Shown here in pieces: positions 59,426-64,000 of a stretch of 64,000 bases of DNA. The notes under the pieces were generated by a model that was not told the origin of the DNA, searched no databases, and was given only the letters and a program-made list of their open reading frames with translations. Every line of letters starts with the position of its first letter. The stretch's first letter is position 1. The position numbers and the translations under genes were made by a program. Source of the stretch: Candidatus Methanomethylicia archaeon (GTDB lineage Archaea > Thermoproteota > Methanomethylicia > CALHIW01); the NCBI GenBank assembly GCA_038845975.1, contig JAWBQF010000005.1:39468-103467 (forward strand), written 5' to 3'.

Positions 59426-60580
59426 ATGAAAGATCAGACTACAGCTATACATGGACACAACTTCTTTGATGAAGAGCTTGGAGTATTTATACCTCCGATA
59501 TATCAGACAGCCATCTTTGAACAGCCTGGCTATACAAGACGGTCTGATAGAGGTTTAGACCTTAAGTATTCTAGAGAAGAGAATCCCACGGTTAGATGTG
59601 TTGAACATGTAGTTACTAAGCTTGAACGTGGTGGGGACACATTATGTTTTTCAAGCGGTATGGCTGCGATATCATGCCTTTTCATATCGATCCTTAAGTC
59701 TGGATCTACGGTACTTCTCCCTAAAGAAGCATATGGATCAACAATTCAGCTAGCTCAAGATCTTAATAAATTCAACATAAGAATCATACTTGCAGAGCCC
59801 AGTACTGAGAAGTTTATTGACGTGATTGATAAGAATATATCACTGGTATTTATTGAGACAATAACTAATCCTATGTTAAGGGTTTTAGATATACCTGAAG
59901 TAGTTAAGAAATGTCGTGATCTTAAGATACCTGTTGCTGTTGATAATACTTTTACAACACCTATACTCTACAAGCCCCTAATAGATGGAGTAAACTATGT
60001 AGTACATAGCATGACTAAATATCTTGCAGGACATAATGATGTGGTAGCTGGCTGTATTACTGGATCTAAGGAATTTATAAATGATGCATGGCATTGGAGG
60101 CGGAAGCTTGGAACAATAGCTTCACCATTTAATGCATATCTAATCTTAAGGGGATTGAAGACATTGAAGCTTAGAGTTGAGAAGCACTGTGAAAACGCAA
60201 GAATCATAGCTGAGTTTTTAAGTAATCACTCCAAGATTAGTAAGGTGTATTATCCGGGTTTACCTGATAACGAGTATCATGATATAGCTAGGAAAATGTT
60301 TAATAATCGATATGGTGGTGTTGTGAGCTTTAAGATAAAGGGTGATAGAAGTGAAGTTATTAAGATCATGAAGTCACTTAAAATAATAAAGTCTTCACCT
60401 AGTCTAGGTGGTGTAGAGAGTTTACTCACATATCCAATTATAAGCGCAGCTATGGGGATAGATGAAAACATAAGAAGAGACCTTGGAATAACTGAGAATT
60501 TACTTAGACTTTCAGTTGGTCTTGAAGATGTGAATGATTTAATAGAAGATCTTGATAAAGCCCTATCTAACATAGATTAA
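59426..60580 (+). CDS. metB: Cystathionine gamma-synthase/Cys-Met PLP enzyme
   Basis: PPIYQT, YSREENPT, FSSGMAAI, DNTF, HSMTKYLAGHND, SLGGVESL, RLSVGLE. Confidence 0.85.
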   Translation: MKDQTTAIHGHNFFDEELGVFIPPIYQTAIFEQPGYTRRSDRGLDLKYSREENPTVRCVEHVVTKLERGGDTLCFSSGMAAISCLFISILKSGSTVLLPKEAYGSTIQLAQDLNKFNIRIILAEPSTEKFIDVIDKNISLVFIETITNPMLRVLDIPEVVKKCRDLKIPVAVDNTFTTPILYKPLIDGVNYVVHSMTKYLAGHNDVVAGCITGSKEFINDAWHWRRKLGTIASPFNAYLILRGLKTLKLRVEKHCENARIIAEFLSNHSKISKVYYPGLPDNEYHDIARKMFNNRYGGVVSFKIKGDRSEVIKIMKSLKIIKSSPSLGGVESLLTYPIISAAMGIDENIRRDLGITENLLRLSVGLEDVNDLIEDLDKALSNID

Positions 60581-60643
60581 TGCTGTATGAGTTATACTCT
60601 AATAACAATATATCCTATACTGCATTTAGGATGATTAAACTTC

Positions 60644-61507
60644 TTATTTCCTACCTATCATCCTGAAGTATTCAATAAATGATTTACACTTCCTTCTCTT
60701 TGTTGATAGGGTAAGTGATATAAAATATATGACTACAGCCATTAATCCTATGGTTGCACTTGCTGATATGTTAAGTAAAATCGATAGGATAAGTCCAATT
60801 ACAGATGACAATATAGCTATTATCATTGAAATTATCTTCATTTTTTCAAGGCTGTGGGCAAATTGATAGGATGCAGCTGCAGGTGCTACAAGTAAAACTT
60901 CAGTTAGTATTGATCCGACAACTTTTAAACATATAACTGCTGTTAATGCTATGAGTATTATTATTAGGTAGCTGTAGAATTTAACGTTTAAGCCTAATGC
61001 CTCAGCTGCTTCAGGATCAAATGTTGTATATTTAAACTCCTTATAGAAAACATACATGACCGTTAATATGATAATACTGAAAACACTCATAATATATATC
61101 TCCCATTCAGACACTCCTAATACATCTCCTATAAGAAATCTCCATGCTGAAACTGTATATGCACTTATAAGTGATATGAATAGAATGGCGAGAGCAGCTG
61201 AAAATCCAAATAATACCCCAATTGTTATATCCACTCTCTCTTTATTCTCTTCACTACTATAGGCTAGTAGTAATGCAAATACTATGCTTATAGTGAAGGC
61301 TCCAATTATCGGATCAAGTCCTAGAAATATAGCCATAATAGCTCCTGCTAGTGCTGAGTGAGCAATAGCTGCGCCAATAGTTGATAGTCTCCTTAACACT
61401 ATGTAGACACCAATAACTGATGAAACAATACTCGTAATTATGCATGCTATAAATGCACGTAAAATAAATGGGTGAATTAGAACTTCAAGCATAATCATTG
61501 TTTTCAC
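60644..61507 (-). CDS. Zn/Mn ABC permease (ZnuB-like)
   Basis: GVYIVLRR, AIAHSALAG, FLIGDVL, FDPEAA, VGSIL. Confidence 0.9.
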   Translation of the reverse strand: MKTMIMLEVLIHPFILRAFIACIITSIVSSVIGVYIVLRRLSTIGAAIAHSALAGAIMAIFLGLDPIIGAFTISIVFALLLAYSSEENKERVDITIGVLFGFSAALAILFISLISAYTVSAWRFLIGDVLGVSEWEIYIMSVFSIIILTVMYVFYKEFKYTTFDPEAAEALGLNVKFYSYLIIILIALTAVICLKVVGSILTEVLLVAPAAASYQFAHSLEKMKIISMIIAILSSVIGLILSILLNISASATIGLMAVVIYFISLTLSTKRRKCKSFIEYFRMIGRK

Positions 61508-62277
61508 GCATGATGATCTGTACCCATAACATAATGTTTGTCATCAATACGGAGTACTTTAATCTCTCTTAGGAAAGTTTTTACTAACAAGTCCTCTCTT
61601 AAAACTTCTTTAGGAGGGCCATAGGCTATTATTGTTTTATTTAGTAACATCACAATATCTATATAATCTAGTACTGGATTTAAGTCATGTGTAACCATTA
61701 TTGCTGCTACGCCTCTATTTGTAAACTCTTTAATTGTTAATATTATTATTTCCTGTGATGTAGCATCTACACCTGAAAGCGGTTCATCAAGTACTAAAAG
61801 CTTAGGGTTTGAAGCTAGCGCACGAGCTATGAGTACACGTTGTTGTTGACCACTAGATAAATGGGAGAAGGGTTCATTTAATAGGTTATGTAAACCTACA
61901 GTTTTTATAGCGTTTAATGCCGAATCCATATCAGTTCTTCTAAACCATCTAAACGGTCCAACTAGACTTGTACGTCCCATTAGAACAATATCCTTAACAA
62001 GCATAGGCATCGATAAATCTATACGTTCTCTCTGTGGAACATATCCAATAAATTTTCTCACATTAATATTCTTAAATGGATCCAATCCTAAAACTCTAAC
62101 ATAACCCTTTGCGGGTTTGAGAACACCAATTAAAGCTTTAATAAGTGTTGTCTTACCAGCACCATTAGGTCCAATAATACATAGAAATAAAGGATTAGCA
62201 ACATTAAAGCTTACATTATACAATGCTACTTTACCATTATATGAAATAGTTAAATCATGAACTTCAATAATACTCAT
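61504..62277 (-). CDS. Zn/Mn ABC ATP-binding protein (ZnuC-like)
   Basis: GPNGAGKTT, GYVPQ, LSSGQQQRVLIARAL, THD. Confidence 0.9.
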   Translation of the reverse strand: MSIIEVHDLTISYNGKVALYNVSFNVANPLFLCIIGPNGAGKTTLIKALIGVLKPAKGYVRVLGLDPFKNINVRKFIGYVPQRERIDLSMPMLVKDIVLMGRTSLVGPFRWFRRTDMDSALNAIKTVGLHNLLNEPFSHLSSGQQQRVLIARALASNPKLLVLDEPLSGVDATSQEIIILTIKEFTNRGVAAIMVTHDLNPVLDYIDIVMLLNKTIIAYGPPKEVLREDLLVKTFLREIKVLRIDDKHYVMGTDHHA

Positions 62278-63275
62278 TTAGATGCCCTCTGTAACATTAG
62301 TATTAATATTAAAATAGATACTATTAGTAAAGCTGTAGATAATGTAAGATATAGACTTTTAAGATTTACTTCTTCCTGGAATGTTTTAACCTTAAGGCTT
62401 AATGATGCTGTTAAAGCCCCTGCAATTATTGCAATATTATATTTTATGAATTCAACATAGTCATCATTGCTTGATCTTGGTGATGGGTAAAGATAAGCAA
62501 TAGGTATACCTGTATCTTCTGAAAGTTGAGCTGCAAGTCTCCCTTCATCTCCCTCCCTCTCAGCTATCGATACAATTATAAGTTTAACATTGAACTTTCT
62601 TAATGATTCTCCAACCCTAACAATGTCTACTGGTCCTTGTGTCTTCTCTTCTCCTCTAATTAAAACATCTATGATTGGTAGCTTTAAATACTTCATTAAT
62701 GGTTCAAAATGGGAAGCTGCTAAAACTATATTGACGTTGTTTATGTTCATTTCAGAAACTATTCCTCTAGCCCAAGTATTTAAATCATCAATTTTCCTTT
62801 TAAACTCTCTAGCTTTATCAAAATAGTAATCTATGTTTTTAGGGTCAATCGTAGCTAGTGCTTTCGCAATTACTTCAGCAATTATCTTCATGTTTGGTGG
62901 ATATAGCCATATGTAGTGTGGATTTTCATTTTCAACTTCTATGCCTGCATCAACCCAGTCATTCCACTCAAGCCTTATTCTTCCTCCTTCACCAAGCATA
63001 CTGATAAACTCCTCCTTACCAATACATATAAATAGATCACAGCTTCTAACTAGTTCAATATCACTTGGTTTTGGTGAGTATTGGTGCGGATCACTATCTA
63101 GGGGAACTATTGCTGTAACATCAACCTTCTCTCCTCCTACTTCACGTGCAATGGATGCTAAAGCCCAAATTGTTGCGGTAACTCTTACTTTATTCTGAGA
63201 TATGATGCTAATAGTTTCTACCTGTGGGAAAATTATTAAGTTTAAGAGTAGAATGATTATGGCTATTCCAGTCAT
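62274..63275 (-). CDS. Zn/Mn ABC substrate-binding protein with C-terminal membrane anchor
   Basis: DPHQYSPKPSD, NPHYIWL, DPKN..Y; C-terminal TM helix. Confidence 0.88.
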   Translation of the reverse strand: MTGIAIIILLLNLIIFPQVETISIISQNKVRVTATIWALASIAREVGGEKVDVTAIVPLDSDPHQYSPKPSDIELVRSCDLFICIGKEEFISMLGEGGRIRLEWNDWVDAGIEVENENPHYIWLYPPNMKIIAEVIAKALATIDPKNIDYYFDKAREFKRKIDDLNTWARGIVSEMNINNVNIVLAASHFEPLMKYLKLPIIDVLIRGEEKTQGPVDIVRVGESLRKFNVKLIIVSIAEREGDEGRLAAQLSEDTGIPIAYLYPSPRSSNDDYVEFIKYNIAIIAGALTASLSLKVKTFQEEVNLKSLYLTLSTALLIVSILILILMLQRASK

Positions 63276-63283
63276 GAATTCAC

Positions 63284-63712
63284 CTATTCATGTGGATGGG
63301 GAATAGGTTTACCACATGGGCAAACACCAGGTTTAGAGAGTAGGAAACATAGCTTTTCAATTGTTTGCTCAGAGAAATTTAATTGAATATTTATTGATTC
63401 TTTACAAGCTTCTTTAGGTGCCATTTTTAAATAATCTACTAGAAACTTTTCCAATATTCTATGTCTATGTATAATGTTTTCAGCGATGTTCCTACCTATC
63501 TTAGTTAGATAAGCTCCTGCTCTTGGTTCATATACGATTAATCCTTTCTCTTTAAGTCTATGTAGAATACTGATTGATGATGACTGCTTCACACCCATAA
63601 TTTTAGCTAATTCATCACTATAAACAGCTCTTTGACTATCTATACTTAGATTATATATATGCATGAGATATTGAAATTCTTTACTTGTAAGCTTAATGTT
63701 TAAGCTTAGCAT
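63284..63712 (-). CDS. DtxR/MntR-family metal-dependent repressor
   Basis: YL..IY, ELAKIMGV, LTKIG, HRILEKFL, PGVCPCGKPIP. Confidence 0.88.
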   Translation of the reverse strand: MLSLNIKLTSKEFQYLMHIYNLSIDSQRAVYSDELAKIMGVKQSSSISILHRLKEKGLIVYEPRAGAYLTKIGRNIAENIIHRHRILEKFLVDYLKMAPKEACKESINIQLNFSEQTIEKLCFLLSKPGVCPCGKPIPHPHE

Positions 63713-63715
63713 AAA

Positions 63716-63759
63716 TTAGGTATATTCAAACTAATATATATTTTTTTGGATTATTCAAA
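63716..63759. promoter_or_regulatory. Leaderless TATA promoter flanked by two imperfect palindromes (putative DtxR operators)
   Basis: TTAGGTATATTCAAA (63716-63730) and TTTGGATTATTCAAA (63745-63759) flank minus-strand AAAAAAATATATA. Confidence 0.4.
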
Positions 63760-63760
63760 T

Positions 63761-64000
63761 GGCTTTGTTAACTTTAGATTTATTTGGGAGTTCTCTCCCT
63801 TATTTATGGTGTTAGTATGGTTAAAGTTGTTAAGTTTGTTAGGTAGAGAACTCCATTTATTCTAGTTGTTTATTGCTTATATATATTTTCGTTCATGTTC
63901 TTCTAGAATGGCTTCAGATATTCTAAGCTTCATTATTGTTAGGAGTTATGTATCTATATTATCGTGGTTTATCTTAATCTTCTATTGATTTTGATAGGAG
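63761..64000 (+). mobile_element. IS6-family element left part, runs off window
   Basis: GGCTTTGTTAACTTTAGATTTATTTGGGAG... highly similar to 45177 onward. Confidence 0.85.

Overview
AT-rich archaeal DNA, most consistent with an anaerobic TACK/Thermoproteota-type organism (archaeal LeuRS, Taw1, TrpB2, ApgM, intron-containing tRNA-Leu). The main biology is C1/methyl metabolism. A three-gene operon pairs one corrinoid protein with two methyltransferases: an MtmB homolog with His at the pyrrolysine position and a divergent MtaB homolog. It converges on a BMP-type ABC importer. About 20 kb away lies a compact ftr-fwdD/B(fused)-fwdA-fwdC-mch cluster, next to an FrhB/FpoF-like gene bracketed by inverted IS6-family relics. 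No mcr, mtr or MtaA/MtbA gene is in the window. Features not visible in the ORF track: a candidate K-turn H/ACA guide RNA (59032-59130), an 11-nt D-loop tRNA intron, a LeuRS that needs a non-canonical (probably CTG) start, a Trp-containing micro-uORF overlapping the trpB2 start, many IS6-type ends and MITE-like hairpins, and pseudogenes (larC, HEPN, a truncated Liv binding protein, a foreign GC-rich relic beside the tRNA). All family assignments come from motif recognition without database searches.
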